Source: Thermoanaerobaculia bacterium
GTDB taxonomy: Bacteria > Acidobacteriota > Thermoanaerobaculia > UBA5066
DNA length: 64,000 bases
Assembly (NCBI GenBank): GCA_963719225.1
Contig: CAVRAY010000001.1
Coordinates: 1,728,001-1,792,000, forward strand
Direction of reading: 5' to 3'
Shown here piece after piece: positions 27,281 to 37,522 of this stretch. The stretch's first letter is position 1; the number at the start of each line of letters is the position of its first letter. A model generated the notes under the pieces. It was not told where the DNA came from. It did not search any database and saw only the letters and a list, made by a program, of their open reading frames with translations. A program made the position numbers and the translations under genes.

Positions 27281-27954
27281 GCGTCGGCGCGCGCTTCGAG
27301 AATGTGGGCGTCACGTTCGGAGGCCGTCCGGTCGTCGAGGAGGCCTCCTTCGAGATCCGGCCGAACGAGCGCACGGCGATCCTCGGCCCGAACGGCGGCG
27401 GCAAGACGACGCTCATGCGCGTTCTCCTCGGACTCCTCGCTCCGGACCGGGGCCGGGTCGTCTTTCTCGAGAACGGGAGCGAGATTCCGCGCCCCCGCAT
27501 CGGCTATCTTTCGCAGCGCTCGACGCTCACGGCGGATGCCCCGCTCTCAGGATGCGACCTCGTCGCTCTGACCCTCGCGCCGTCTGCGGGCTTCCGGGGG
27601 CTCGGCGGCTTCCGGAAAGAGGCGCACGCGGCCCTTACGCGCGCGGGTCTTCCCGCCGAAAAGCAGGATCTGCCCGTCGGGCGCCTTTCGGGAGGACAGC
27701 GGCAGAGAGTCCTCCTCGCGCGCGCGATCGCGGGCGCGCCGCCCCTCCTCGTCCTCGACGAGCCCGACACGGCTCTCGACGCGGAAGGCCTCAAGACGCT
27801 ACGCCGGCTCGTGGCCGAGGAGATCACCGCGGGCCGCACGGTCGTCTACGTGACACACGACAGCGACGCGATGGGAGGAGCCGATGCGGTCTTTCACGTC
27901 GACGGCCGTGTGAGGGTCGGCTTCGGAGTGCACGCGCACGGGACGTCCCCTTGA
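27277..27954 (+). CDS. Zn/Mn ABC transporter ATPase (ZnuC-like)
   Basis: GPNGGGKTT, LSGGQRQR, LDEP, VTHD. Confidence 0.9.
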   Translation: MSVGARFENVGVTFGGRPVVEEASFEIRPNERTAILGPNGGGKTTLMRVLLGLLAPDRGRVVFLENGSEIPRPRIGYLSQRSTLTADAPLSGCDLVALTLAPSAGFRGLGGFRKEAHAALTRAGLPAEKQDLPVGRLSGGQRQRVLLARAIAGAPPLLVLDEPDTALDAEGLKTLRRLVAEEITAGRTVVYVTHDSDAMGGADAVFHVDGRVRVGFGVHAHGTSP

Positions 27955-28760
27955 TCGAGTTCCTGGGCTATCCGTTCTTCCAGCGGGCTCTTCTCGCCGG
28001 AGCCCTGACCGGGCTTCTCTGCGGCGCGCTGTCGTTTTTCGTCGTGCTCCGGCGCCTGGCCTTCGTCGGCTCGGGAGTCGCGCACGCGGCGTTCGGCGGC
28101 GTGGCGCTCGGGACGCTCCTCGGATGGCCCCCGGGCCTTTGCGGCCTCGCCGTTTCGCTCGGAGTGGCGGGCGCGACGGCCCGGGCCTCCGAGTCGTCCG
28201 GCGTGACCGAGGACACGGCGGTCGGCGTCTTCACCGTGGCCGCCATGGCGGGGGGCGTCGTCGCGCTCGGCTTCGTGAAGACGAACGTCGATCTTTTCGG
28301 CCTGATGTTCGGCAACATCCTGACGGTCGACCCGGCAGACCTCCTGCTCCTCGCCGGCGCTGCCACGGTCATCCTCGTGGCGCTCGCATTCTTCTTCCGG
28401 CCGCTCCTTCTCGCGTCCGTCGACGAGGAGGGGGCGCGCGTCGCCGGCGTCGCCACGGGCGCGATGCGGCTTCTCGTCCTCACGTTCGTCGCCGTCGCGG
28501 TCGTGGCGGCCCTGAAGGTCGTCGGAATCCTTCTCGTCTCCGCGCTCCTCGTCCTCCCGGGCGCCACGGCGCGCCCGCTCGCGAGCCGTTGGCCGGGCTT
28601 TCTGGGCGGCTCGATCGCCGTGGCACTCATCTCGGTTCTCGGAGGGCTGCTCCTTTCCGTGGCGCTCGACATCGCCTCCGGCGCCGCGATCATCCTGCTC
28701 GGAACGTGCCTCTTCGTCGCGGCGCTCGCCGTTGCGCGGCTCCGCGCGCGACATGTGTAA
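27951..28760 (+). CDS. Zn/Mn ABC transporter permease (ZnuB-like)
   Basis: FFQRALLAG, GVAHAAFGG, LMFGNIL, VGILLVSALL. Confidence 0.9.
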   Translation: MIEFLGYPFFQRALLAGALTGLLCGALSFFVVLRRLAFVGSGVAHAAFGGVALGTLLGWPPGLCGLAVSLGVAGATARASESSGVTEDTAVGVFTVAAMAGGVVALGFVKTNVDLFGLMFGNILTVDPADLLLLAGAATVILVALAFFFRPLLLASVDEEGARVAGVATGAMRLLVLTFVAVAVVAALKVVGILLVSALLVLPGATARPLASRWPGFLGGSIAVALISVLGGLLLSVALDIASGAAIILLGTCLFVAALAVARLRARHV

Positions 28761-28769
28761 GATTCCGCC

Positions 28770-29105
28770 GTGCGGCTGACCCGGCTCCAGCGCCTGCTCG
28801 TCGTCCTCGCCCTCGCGCCGGTGGCGCTCGGCGGCGCGTTCGGGCACGTCGACGGCTTTGAGAAGCTGTCGCACGGCACGTTCCTGTTTCCGCCGGACCA
28901 CCCGGCGCACGCGCCTTTCGTCCCGCAGAAGGAGCATCCCTGCGCGGCGTGCGCGGTCGCGCACCTGACCGCTCCGGCTTCTGCTCCCGCCTATCTGGTT
29001 CCGCCCGACGTCCGTGCCGCGGAGATCGCGCGCGTCGAACGCGCGATCCCTTCCGCGACCCTTCCCGAGCTCTCCGGCCGCTCTCCTCCTGCCGCGACGG
29101 CATAG
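28770..29105 (+). CDS. DUF2946/CruR-like leader protein (signal-like helix, CxxC, C-terminal RSPP)
   Basis: HPCAACAVAH and GRSPPA; lies directly upstream of a TonB receptor. Confidence 0.72.
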   Translation: MRLTRLQRLLVVLALAPVALGGAFGHVDGFEKLSHGTFLFPPDHPAHAPFVPQKEHPCAACAVAHLTAPASAPAYLVPPDVRAAEIARVERAIPSATLPELSGRSPPAATA

Positions 29106-29110
29106 CCGAC

Positions 29111-29164
29111 TCACCCTCGTAAAGAAAAGATTTCTTGGAAGGTGAATCCCGCCGGACGGCGGGA
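29111..29164 (+). promoter_or_regulatory. Structured leader before the TonB receptor, containing a dispersed motif copy (29129-29147) and a GC hairpin (29147-29164)
   Basis: TCACC/GGTGA and AAGAAA/TTTCTT can pair; TCCCGCC-GGAC-GGCGGGA hairpin. Confidence 0.45.
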
Positions 29165-29224
29165 GGCCACCGGCCCTTTGCCGGATGCGGTCGCGCGCCC
29201 TCGCGCAGCACTGGAGGCTCGATC

Positions 29225-31663
29225 ATGTCCATTCCCGGCACGGCGCGAAGCGCCGCAGCATTTCTTCTCTTTCTCGGCTTTTCCCTGACTCTTTCGCGGC
29301 CGCTATCCGCCGCGTCGGCCGCGGGTGGACAGATCCGCGGTCACGTAACCGGTCCGGACGGCAAACCGCTCCCGGGCGTCACGATCGTCCTCGCGAACGA
29401 CATCACCGGATACCGGCTGCAGGTTACGTCCGGGGGTGACGGAAGCTATCTTCTCTACAACGTGCCCCCGAATCCCTATCACCTCACGGCGGCTCTCCAG
29501 GGTTTCGCCCCGTTCCACACCGACGTGGACGTCCGCGGGAGCATCCCCGTGACGCGCGAGATCTCGCTCGGGATCACAGCGACGGCTGCGGAGTCCGTGA
29601 CGGCCGAGAAGGAGTCGGTCGAGCTGGAAACCGACACCTCGACGACGCACATCGACATCGACAAGTCCCTGATCCGCCGCGCACCCGCGCCGGTCGCATC
29701 CCGGGCGTTCGAGTCGCTCGTGACGTCGACGCCTGGCTTCTCGCAGGACGAGAACGGCCGCTACCATTTTCAGGGCAGCCACTCGCAGCAGCTCCTCGTC
29801 GTGGACGGCCAGCCGATCGGCGACATGATCGGCGTCACCTTTTCCAACTCGCTCGATCCCGCTGTGGCCGAAAGCATCGAGATCGTCACAGGAGGCATTC
29901 CGGCCGAGTATGGAGAGAAGGCGAACGGCGTCATCAACCTGACGACGCGCTCCGGTCTCGGGAGCGGATCCTTCAAGGGGGACGTCGGTATCGGTGCGGC
30001 GCGCTTCTCGACGTACGAGGGCGCCGCAGGCGTCGGGGGAGGGACGTCGCGGTTCGGCTGGTTCGTCAACCTCGATGCCTCGAAGTCCGACCGTTTCCTG
30101 GACCCGGTTTCGTTCGACAACTTCCACAACGAGGGGAACACCGAGCGCGCATTTCTCAGGCTCGATTCCGTTTCCGAAGGCGGCTCGGACTCGTTCCGCC
30201 TGACCGGCAACGTCGGCCGGACGGTCCGCGACGTGACGAACCTGCCCTCACAAGAGGAGGCAGGCCAGGACCAGAGCGTCCTCTCCCACGACTGGAACTT
30301 CAACCTCGGCTATCAAAAGGTGCTTTCGGGCAGCCTCGTCCTCGAGGCGCAGGTCTACGCCCGGGACAACCGTCTGACACTCTATTCGTCCTCGAACGAC
30401 ACTCCGGTCACAGCCGACCAGAACCGGTCTTTGGAGAATCAGGGGATCAACCTCGCTCTCTCGAAGCAGGCCGGCGCGCACGAGCTGAAGGTGGGCATAC
30501 AGGCCAAACGTTTTCCGATCAAAGAGCAGTTCTCCTTCGGGATCACGGATCCCTCCTTCAACGACCCCGACTCCGAAAGCTACAACCCGAATCTCGCGCC
30601 TTACGACCTGACGCGCGGCGGAACGCGATTCAACTTCTCCGGATCGCGTACCGGTACGTACGTCGCGGGCTACATCCAGGACAACATCCGCTGGAACGAC
30701 CTGACGATCAACGCCGGCGTCCGCTTCGACCGAAACGACGTCTTCGAGACGGAGAACGAGCTCCAGCCGCGAATCGGGCTGGCGTACTTCCTGAGATCGA
30801 CCAGCACGGTCTTCCGGGCCTCGTACAACCGCATGCTCATCACGCCGGAGTACGAGAACATCCTGCTCTCCTCCTCGGCGGAGGCCGCGAGGGTCGCGCC
30901 TCCCGAGATCCAGGAATCACGCGAGCTCGGCGGCGGCTTCCTTACGAATCCCTCCGAGCGCCACGACGCTTTCAACGTCGGGATCCAGCAGGGAATCGGC
31001 AGCAAGCTGAGGCTCGACCTGTCGTACTGGTACCGGTCGGTGAAGAACCCGGCCGACCAGGCCCAGTTCTTCAATACCGGCATCGTCTTTCCGGTCAACT
31101 TCGCGAGCGGCCAGTTCCGCGGCTGGAATGCACGCCTCGACCTGGCCCCTGTCCTCGGCGGCCTGCGTGGTTACGTTTCCGTGGGGCACGTCGAATCGAA
31201 GTACTGCAATCCGGCGATCGGCGGGCTCTTCGTCGACCCGGAGGCCTTCGAGTCCCTCGCGGGAGGGTGCTTCATCATCGATCACGACCAGGACATCCAG
31301 CAGCAAGCCGGGTTCTTCTGGGACTTCGGCCAGTCCGGCTTCTGGGCCGGCGTCACGCAGCGCTACGACTCCGGCCTCGTGACCGACGCCGGCGCACCCG
31401 AGGACGTCCTGTCGTCGCCCGACACCGCCTATGCCGATCCGTTCCTGAGGTACGACGAGGACCCGCAGCGCGTCAAGTCACGCACGATTTGGAACTTCTC
31501 CCTGGGCGCGCGCCTGCAGAAATACGGCGTCCCGCTCGAGCTCCAAGTCGACCTTCTCAACGCATTCGACAAACAGGGTCTCTACAACTTCCAGTCGCCC
31601 TTCGGCGGCACGCACGTAATTCCGCCGCGGACGCTCGCGGGACGGGTCAAGTTCGTGTTCTAG
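29225..31663 (+). CDS. TonB-dependent receptor with N-terminal carboxypeptidase-regulatory-like domain
   Basis: GGAGG RBS, signal peptide, IRGHVTGPDGKPLPGVTI, GGIPAEYG, C-terminal KFVF. Confidence 0.88.
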   Translation: MSIPGTARSAAAFLLFLGFSLTLSRPLSAASAAGGQIRGHVTGPDGKPLPGVTIVLANDITGYRLQVTSGGDGSYLLYNVPPNPYHLTAALQGFAPFHTDVDVRGSIPVTREISLGITATAAESVTAEKESVELETDTSTTHIDIDKSLIRRAPAPVASRAFESLVTSTPGFSQDENGRYHFQGSHSQQLLVVDGQPIGDMIGVTFSNSLDPAVAESIEIVTGGIPAEYGEKANGVINLTTRSGLGSGSFKGDVGIGAARFSTYEGAAGVGGGTSRFGWFVNLDASKSDRFLDPVSFDNFHNEGNTERAFLRLDSVSEGGSDSFRLTGNVGRTVRDVTNLPSQEEAGQDQSVLSHDWNFNLGYQKVLSGSLVLEAQVYARDNRLTLYSSSNDTPVTADQNRSLENQGINLALSKQAGAHELKVGIQAKRFPIKEQFSFGITDPSFNDPDSESYNPNLAPYDLTRGGTRFNFSGSRTGTYVAGYIQDNIRWNDLTINAGVRFDRNDVFETENELQPRIGLAYFLRSTSTVFRASYNRMLITPEYENILLSSSAEAARVAPPEIQESRELGGGFLTNPSERHDAFNVGIQQGIGSKLRLDLSYWYRSVKNPADQAQFFNTGIVFPVNFASGQFRGWNARLDLAPVLGGLRGYVSVGHVESKYCNPAIGGLFVDPEAFESLAGGCFIIDHDQDIQQQAGFFWDFGQSGFWAGVTQRYDSGLVTDAGAPEDVLSSPDTAYADPFLRYDEDPQRVKSRTIWNFSLGARLQKYGVPLELQVDLLNAFDKQGLYNFQSPFGGTHVIPPRTLAGRVKFVF

Positions 31664-31670
31664 GCTGGGA

Positions 31671-31700
31671 GCCGGGCCGGCTCGAGGGAGCCGGCCCGGC
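31671..31700 (+). terminator. 13-bp GC hairpin after the TonB receptor gene (no U-tract)
   Basis: GCCGGGCCGGCTC-GAGG-GAGCCGGCCCGGC. Confidence 0.55.
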
Positions 31701-31759
31701 CGCATGACGACGCCGGGGCGGTAATCTCCGCGGCCGGGATCGCTCGTACACTCCGGGCG

Positions 31760-32836
31760 GTGTCTCGCTCATCGCTGGTCTTTCTCGTCCTTTCGATGGG
31801 GTTGGCCCCTCCGGTTCTCGCGCACGACGTGCCGACCGTCCAGCTCGGCGTCTCGTTCCCGGAGCCTTCGGTCTGGCGGATGGACGTCGCTCTCGACCAA
31901 GAGCACCTGCCGGAGGCCCCGCCTTCGTCGCCCGTGGAGCCCGTTCGGGGGCTGTCGCCCGCGCTCGAGAAGCGATTCGGGACCTTCGTCCGAGCGTTCC
32001 TGCGCGAGAGCTCACTCTCGTTCGACGGCAGGCGGGCGCGGGCCGACACCGTGGAGTTCCTTGCCGACTCGGATGCGGACGTCCGTCCGGTGTTGCGCCT
32101 TTCGGGGCGCGTCCCCTCCGAGGCGCGTTCGCTGACGTTCTCGAGCGGCATGGACTCGGGGACGTGGATCTTCCGCGCGAGAACGCCGGGAGGGGCGCGC
32201 GCGGAGCCGCAGTTCCTGAACGGCAGAGAGACCAGCCGCCCCGTAGCGCTCGGCTCGCCAGAGGCGCCGCAGACGCGTGTGCAGGTCTTCCGGCGCTTCC
32301 TCGGCCTTGGCTTCACACACATTCTCCCGGAGGGGACGGATCACATCCTCTTCGTCCTCGGGATCTTCCTCCTCTCGGTACGGTGGAAGCCGATGCTGAT
32401 TCAGGTCACCGCTTTCACGGTGGCGCACACGATCACGCTCGGGCTGACGATGTACGGCCTGATCTCGCTCCGACCCACGATCGTCGAGCCGCTGATCGCC
32501 CTCTCCATCGTCTACGTCGCGGTGGAGAACGTGCTCACCTCGAAGCTGACGCCCTGGCGGCCGGCCGTGGTCTTCTGTTTCGGCCTGCTGCACGGCATGG
32601 GCTTCGCCAGCGTTTTGCGCGAGATCGGCCTTCCCCGGTCCGAGTTCGTCACGGCCCTCTTCTCCTTCAACCTGGGTGTCGAGTGCGGACAGCTCAGCGT
32701 GCTTGTCGGAGCGTTTCTTCTCCTCGGCCTGCCGTTTCGCGAGAAGCCCTGGTACCGGGCGCGCATCGTCGTCCCCGGATCCGTCGTCATCGCGGCGATC
32801 GGCCTCATCTGGTTCATCCAGCGGGCTTTCCTCTGA
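31760..32836 (+). CDS. HupE/UreJ-family metal transporter-like protein
   Basis: Signal ending AH; GFTHIL..GTDHILF, FTVAHTITL, FGLLHGMGFA, FNLGVE.GQ. Confidence 0.88.
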   Translation: MSRSSLVFLVLSMGLAPPVLAHDVPTVQLGVSFPEPSVWRMDVALDQEHLPEAPPSSPVEPVRGLSPALEKRFGTFVRAFLRESSLSFDGRRARADTVEFLADSDADVRPVLRLSGRVPSEARSLTFSSGMDSGTWIFRARTPGGARAEPQFLNGRETSRPVALGSPEAPQTRVQVFRRFLGLGFTHILPEGTDHILFVLGIFLLSVRWKPMLIQVTAFTVAHTITLGLTMYGLISLRPTIVEPLIALSIVYVAVENVLTSKLTPWRPAVVFCFGLLHGMGFASVLREIGLPRSEFVTALFSFNLGVECGQLSVLVGAFLLLGLPFREKPWYRARIVVPGSVVIAAIGLIWFIQRAFL

Positions 32837-32854
32837 TCGGTTTATGCTTTAGAC

Positions 32855-33631
32855 ATGACGACATCCGGGACGCTTCCCAACAAGCTCGTCCTCGTCCGCC
32901 ACGGCGAGAGTACGTGGAACCTCGAGAACCGTTTCACGGGCTGGGTCGACGTCGGGCTTTCCGCGAAGGGCGTCGAGGAAGCGCGGGCCGGCGGGAGGCT
33001 GCTGAAGGAAGAGGGTTTCCGCTTCGACCGCGTCTTCACGTCGCTCCTGACGCGGGCGATTCTCACGGCGCAGATCGTTCTGGAGGAGATCGACCAGCTC
33101 TGGCTGCCGGTCGAGCGCTCGTGGCGGCTGAACGAACGGCACTATGGCGCGCTCACGGGCCTCAACAAGAAGGAGACGGGGCAGAAGTATGGAGACGCGC
33201 AGCTTCACCAGTGGCGGCGCGGTTACGCGGTCATGCCGCCTCCACTCGAGGAGGATGATCCCCGGCAGCCGCGCTTCGATGTGCGTTACGCGAAACTGCC
33301 GCCCGAGCTGCTGCCGCGAGCCGAAAGCCTCGAGACCGTCGTGGCCCGCACGCTCCCGTACTGGTACGACGCGGTCGTGCCGCGAATCGCGTACGGAGAG
33401 CAGGTCCTCGTGGCCGCGCACGGCAACAGCCTGCGCGCGCTCGTGAAGCACCTCGACGGCATCTCGGACGCGGACATCCCCGAGCTGAACATTCCGACCG
33501 GAATCCCGCTCGTGTACGAGCTGGACCGCGACATGAGGAAGGTGTCGAGCCGCTATCTCGGCGACCAGGAGGCCGCGAAGAAGGCCGCCGAGGCCGTCGC
33601 GAAGCAGGCGAGCGCAGGCCCGGGCGCTTAG
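32855..33631 (+). CDS. gpmA: 2,3-bisphosphoglycerate-dependent phosphoglycerate mutase
   Basis: [33 protein letters not shown]. Confidence 0.96.
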   Translation: MTTSGTLPNKLVLVRHGESTWNLENRFTGWVDVGLSAKGVEEARAGGRLLKEEGFRFDRVFTSLLTRAILTAQIVLEEIDQLWLPVERSWRLNERHYGALTGLNKKETGQKYGDAQLHQWRRGYAVMPPPLEEDDPRQPRFDVRYAKLPPELLPRAESLETVVARTLPYWYDAVVPRIAYGEQVLVAAHGNSLRALVKHLDGISDADIPELNIPTGIPLVYELDRDMRKVSSRYLGDQEAAKKAAEAVAKQASAGPGA

Positions 33632-33660
33632 CCGAGCTCAAGCCGCTGTGAACGTGAGAC

Positions 33661-33689
33661 TTGCGCCTCCATGGGGGATCTGCTAATCT
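33661..33689 (+). promoter_or_regulatory. Sigma70-type promoter of rpmB-rpmG
   Basis: TTGCGC - 17 nt - TAATCT with extended TG. Confidence 0.6.
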
Positions 33690-33715
33690 CATGGATTCTG
33701 TCGGAGGAGCTCGAG

Positions 33716-33952
33716 ATGTCCGGAATCTGTCAGGTCACGGGAAAGCGCGCGGTTTCGGGGAACAAGGTTTCCCACGCGAACAACAAGACGAAGCGGCTCT
33801 TCAAGCCTAACCTCCGCTCGCAGCGTTTCTGGATCGCGAGCGAAGGGCGTTGGGTGCGCCTGCGCGTGTCGACGGCCGCGATGCGGACGATCGACAAGAA
33901 GGGGATCGAGGCCGTCGTCGCCGGGATGCGGCGCGAGGGGAAGAGGATCTAG
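33716..33952 (+). CDS. rpmB: 50S ribosomal protein L28 (no Zn-ribbon CxxC)
   Basis: [29 protein letters not shown]; GGAGG RBS. Confidence 0.96.
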   Translation: MSGICQVTGKRAVSGNKVSHANNKTKRLFKPNLRSQRFWIASEGRWVRLRVSTAAMRTIDKKGIEAVVAGMRREGKRI

Positions 33953-33955
33953 CCC

Positions 33956-34108
33956 ATGCGCGAGAAGGTGAAGCTCGTCTCCACGGCGAACACGGGTTAC
34001 TTCTACACGATCACGAAGAACAAGAAGCTCCATCAGGACAAGATGGAAGTGAAGAAGTACGACCCCAAGATCCGCAAGCACGTGGCGTTCAAGGAATCCA
34101 AGATCTGA
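33956..34108 (+). CDS. rpmG: 50S ribosomal protein L33 (Cys-free form); absent from the ORF track
   Basis: Manual translation: [50 protein letters not shown]. Confidence 0.95.
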   Translation: MREKVKLVSTANTGYFYTITKNKKLHQDKMEVKKYDPKIRKHVAFKESKI

Positions 34109-34123
34109 CCTGCAGAGCCCGGC

Positions 34124-36265
34124 GTGGAACGCTTTGATCTCGTCGTGATCGGCTCTGGGCCGGCAGGCGAAAAGGGCGCCGCCCAGGCCGCGTACTTCGG
34201 AAAGTCCGTCGCTCTCGTCGAGCGGCTCGCCGAGCCCGGCGGCGTCTCCGTCCATACCGGGACGCTCCCGTCCAAGACCCTCCGCGAGTCCGCCCTTTAC
34301 CTCACCGGGTTCCGCCGGCGCGAGCTCTACGGGATGTCCCTCCGCCTGGATCGCCAAAAGAGCCTGCGACAGCTGACCGGACGGCTCCGCGACGTCACGG
34401 CGGCGCAGACGCGGCAGATCAAGCGCAACTTCGAACGCCACCGGATCACGACGATCGCGGGCCGCGCGCGCTTCCTCGACCCGGGCACGATCGGCGTCTT
34501 CGACGCGGAGGGGGTGGAGACGAGGCGGCTCGCGTTCGACGCGGCTCTCGTGGCGGTGGGCTCCTCGCCTCTTCCGCCGCGCGGCCTCACGTTCGACGAC
34601 CCCGACGTCGAGGACTCGGATCGGATCCTCGATCTCGACCGGATCCCGAAGTCGCTGGCCGTGGTCGGCGGCGGCGTCATCGGCTGCGAATACGCGTCCC
34701 TCTTCGCCGCGCTCGGAACGACCGTCACGCTCATCGAGGGCCGTGACCGGCTGCTGGGCTTTCTCGACGGCGAGGTGTCGTCGACGCTGAAGATCGCGCT
34801 CGAGCGGATGGGCGGAGAGGTCCTCCTCGGCGACGCCGTCGAGACGATCAGCCGCGAGGCGAATCTCCCGGCGAACGCCCTGAGGTTGACGCTGAAGTCG
34901 GGGCGCGTACTCGCCGCGGACAAGGTCCTGTTCTCCGCCGGGCGCCGCGGAAACACGGAAGGACTCGGACTGGAGAAGGCCGGCGTCGTGTTCGACGAGA
35001 AGGGCCGGATCCCTGTCAACGACCACTTCCAGACGAACGTGCCGCGGATCTACGCCGCGGGAGACGTCGTCGGGTTCCCGGCGCTCGCCGCGACCTCGAT
35101 GGAGCAAGGGCGCGTCGCCGCCTGCCACGCGTTCGACATTCCCTTCAAGACTGCGGTCGCCCGGCTTTTCCCGTACGGCGTCTACACGATTCCCGAAGTC
35201 TCGATGATCGGCGCCACCGAGGAGGAGCTGAAAGAGCGAGGTGTTCCCTACGAGGTGGGAAGGGCGCGGTACGAGAACAACGCACGGGGACAGATCACCG
35301 GCGACCTGGACGGTTTCGTGAAGCTCGTCTTCGACCCCACGACGCGGAAGCTCCTCGGAGCGCATCTCATCGGCGGGGGTGCGACGGAGCTCGTCCACGT
35401 CGCGCAGATGGTGATGCTGAAAGAGGGCGGACTCGACGACTTCATCCACTCCGTCTTCAACTTTCCGACGCTCGCCGAGTGCTTCAAATACGCGGCCTAC
35501 GACGGGTTGCAGCGCCTCTCCCACCGCGAGGGGAGTACACCGCTCGAACGGATGGCGGAGGTCGCCGCGTCGAACGCCGGGTCCCATCCCCCGGCTCGTG
35601 CCTGGTTCGTCGGAATCGATCTCGCCGACCCGTTCGCCCGCACGAGCCGCCCCGTGACGCTCGCGCTCATGGATCGCTGGCGACGCGTTCGCTTCGTCAC
35701 GTGGACGTACGATCCGGCCGGCGAGAGGATGATTCCCGAACACGTCGCGGCGGAAGGTTTTGTCGTCGCGATCGACGGGCCGCAGGGGCTCGCAGCGAGG
35801 GGCCGGACGATGCGGCAGGCCGAGCGCCTGTTGCGCGCTCCCGGCAAATCGGGAGAGACGTTTGCGGGAGGCGGGAAACCTTACGCCGGCTTCATCCGCG
35901 GCAGTGTCGAGCTCTTCGGCGCTCTCCGGAAATCGGGGCTGGGGCTTCTCAGGGAGGCGCCGTGGGAGTCGACGGCGCTCCTCGAGGTCTATCCCGGCGA
36001 CGCCTGGCCGAAATGGGCGGGGCGAAGGCCTCCGAAAAAAACTCTACCGGCCGGGCGCCGCGCGCGCTACGACATGCTGCGCGAACATGGCCTCGAGCTC
36101 CCCGTCGGATGCGACGCCGTCACGCACGATCAGCTCGACGCGGCGGCCGCCGCGTTCCTCGCCTACCTCTGGGCCACCGGCAACGCCCGGGAGTTCGGAG
36201 ATCCGCCGGTCTGGGACGCGGAAGCTGGCTGCATCCGCGAAGGGATCATCGTCAGCGTTCCGTAG
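34124..36265 (+). CDS. sthA: Soluble pyridine nucleotide transhydrogenase fused to a C-terminal DUF429-like domain
   Basis: GSGPAG, HTGTLPSKTLRE, GGGVIGCEYA, VFNFPTLAECFKYAA; then VGIDLA, AIDGPQGL, EVYP, DQLDA. Confidence 0.82.
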   Translation: MERFDLVVIGSGPAGEKGAAQAAYFGKSVALVERLAEPGGVSVHTGTLPSKTLRESALYLTGFRRRELYGMSLRLDRQKSLRQLTGRLRDVTAAQTRQIKRNFERHRITTIAGRARFLDPGTIGVFDAEGVETRRLAFDAALVAVGSSPLPPRGLTFDDPDVEDSDRILDLDRIPKSLAVVGGGVIGCEYASLFAALGTTVTLIEGRDRLLGFLDGEVSSTLKIALERMGGEVLLGDAVETISREANLPANALRLTLKSGRVLAADKVLFSAGRRGNTEGLGLEKAGVVFDEKGRIPVNDHFQTNVPRIYAAGDVVGFPALAATSMEQGRVAACHAFDIPFKTAVARLFPYGVYTIPEVSMIGATEEELKERGVPYEVGRARYENNARGQITGDLDGFVKLVFDPTTRKLLGAHLIGGGATELVHVAQMVMLKEGGLDDFIHSVFNFPTLAECFKYAAYDGLQRLSHREGSTPLERMAEVAASNAGSHPPARAWFVGIDLADPFARTSRPVTLALMDRWRRVRFVTWTYDPAGERMIPEHVAAEGFVVAIDGPQGLAARGRTMRQAERLLRAPGKSGETFAGGGKPYAGFIRGSVELFGALRKSGLGLLREAPWESTALLEVYPGDAWPKWAGRRPPKKTLPAGRRARYDMLREHGLELPVGCDAVTHDQLDAAAAAFLAYLWATGNAREFGDPPVWDAEAGCIREGIIVSVP

Positions 36266-36303
36266 GGCCGTGTTCATTCGGTTACCATCGATTCGGAGAC
36301 GGT

Positions 36304-37522
36304 GTGGACTCAACCGCATTATTCGGCTCGTCCGTCTGGTCGCTGCTCAGGAACAAGCTGCGCAGCTCGCTCACGGTCCTCGGTATCACGATCGGAATCG
36401 CGGCCGTGATCTGCGTCGTGGCGATCGGCAAGGCGGGACAGGCGCGCGTCGAGCAGCACCTCGCGAACCTCGGGGACAACTTCGTCTGGATCGAGGCCGG
36501 GGGGCGCGCCGTGAACGGAGTGCGCACTGGGCCGCGCGGGACGAAGACGCTGACGCTCGGCGACGCCGTCGCGATCAAGAGCCAGATTTCCCTGATCAAG
36601 AGCGTCTCGGCGAACGTCGACGCCTCGGTCCAGGTCGTCTACGGAAACCAGAACTGGTTCACGACCTTCCGCGGGCGTCTCGCCGGAGTACTTCGAAATC
36701 AAGCGCTGGACGATCGAGCTCGGCGCCGCGTTCGCACAGGACGACGTCGAACGGGCGGCCGACGTGTGCGTGATCGGCCGCACGATCCGCCGGCAGCTCT
36801 TCGGCGTCGAGGACCCGATCGGCAAGGTGATCCGTTTGAAGAGCCTGCCGTGCAAGGTGGTCGCGACGCTCCGGCCGAAGGGACTTTCGCTCTCCGGCCA
36901 GGACCAGGACGACACGATCATCCTTCCCTACTCGACGGCCCAGAAGAAGCTGATGGGGATCACCTGGCTCGACGACATTCTCTGCTCGGCCGTCTCGCAA
37001 GACGTCGTCAAGCTCGCCGGCCAGCAGGCCGGGGCCCTCCTGAGGGAGCGCCATCACCTCCGCCCCGAGGAAGAGGACGACTTCAACATCCGCAACCCCG
37101 AGGACGTGATCCAGGCGCAGCTCGAGGCGAGCCACACACTGACGCTCCTCCTCATCGCGATCGCATCGATCTCTCTCCTCGTGGGCGGGATCGGGATCAT
37201 GAACGTCATGCTCGTGTCGGTCACGGAGCGGACGCGGGAGATCGGAGTCCGCGTGGCCGTCGGCGCGACCGAGGAGGAGATCCGGCTCCAGTTCCTCGGC
37301 GAGTCCGTGATGCTGAGCGCCGTCGGCGGGGCGGCCGGCGTTCTCGTGGGCGTCGTCGGCTCTTTCTTCGCCGGGCGCGCCCTCGGCTGGCCGATGCAGA
37401 TGTCGGCCGAGGCGGTGCTCCTTGCGGCGCTTTTCTCCATCGCCGTCGGCGTCTTCTTCGGATACTACCCGGCGCGCAAGGCGAGCCGTTTGGATCCGAT
37501 CGAAGCTCTTCGATATGAATAG
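36304..37522 (+). pseudogene. MacB-like ABC permease with one frameshift (about 36673)
   Basis: RNKLRSSLTVLGITIG in one frame; VGGIGIMNVMLVSVTERTREIG...DPIEALRYE in another; apparent extra G in CGCGGGCGTC. Confidence 0.8.

Noticed and set aside
33655-33691. TGAGA...TCTCA inverted half-sites as a Zur/Fur box at the rpmB promoter
   Set aside because: Half-sites are about 27 nt apart, much wider than known Fur-family boxes
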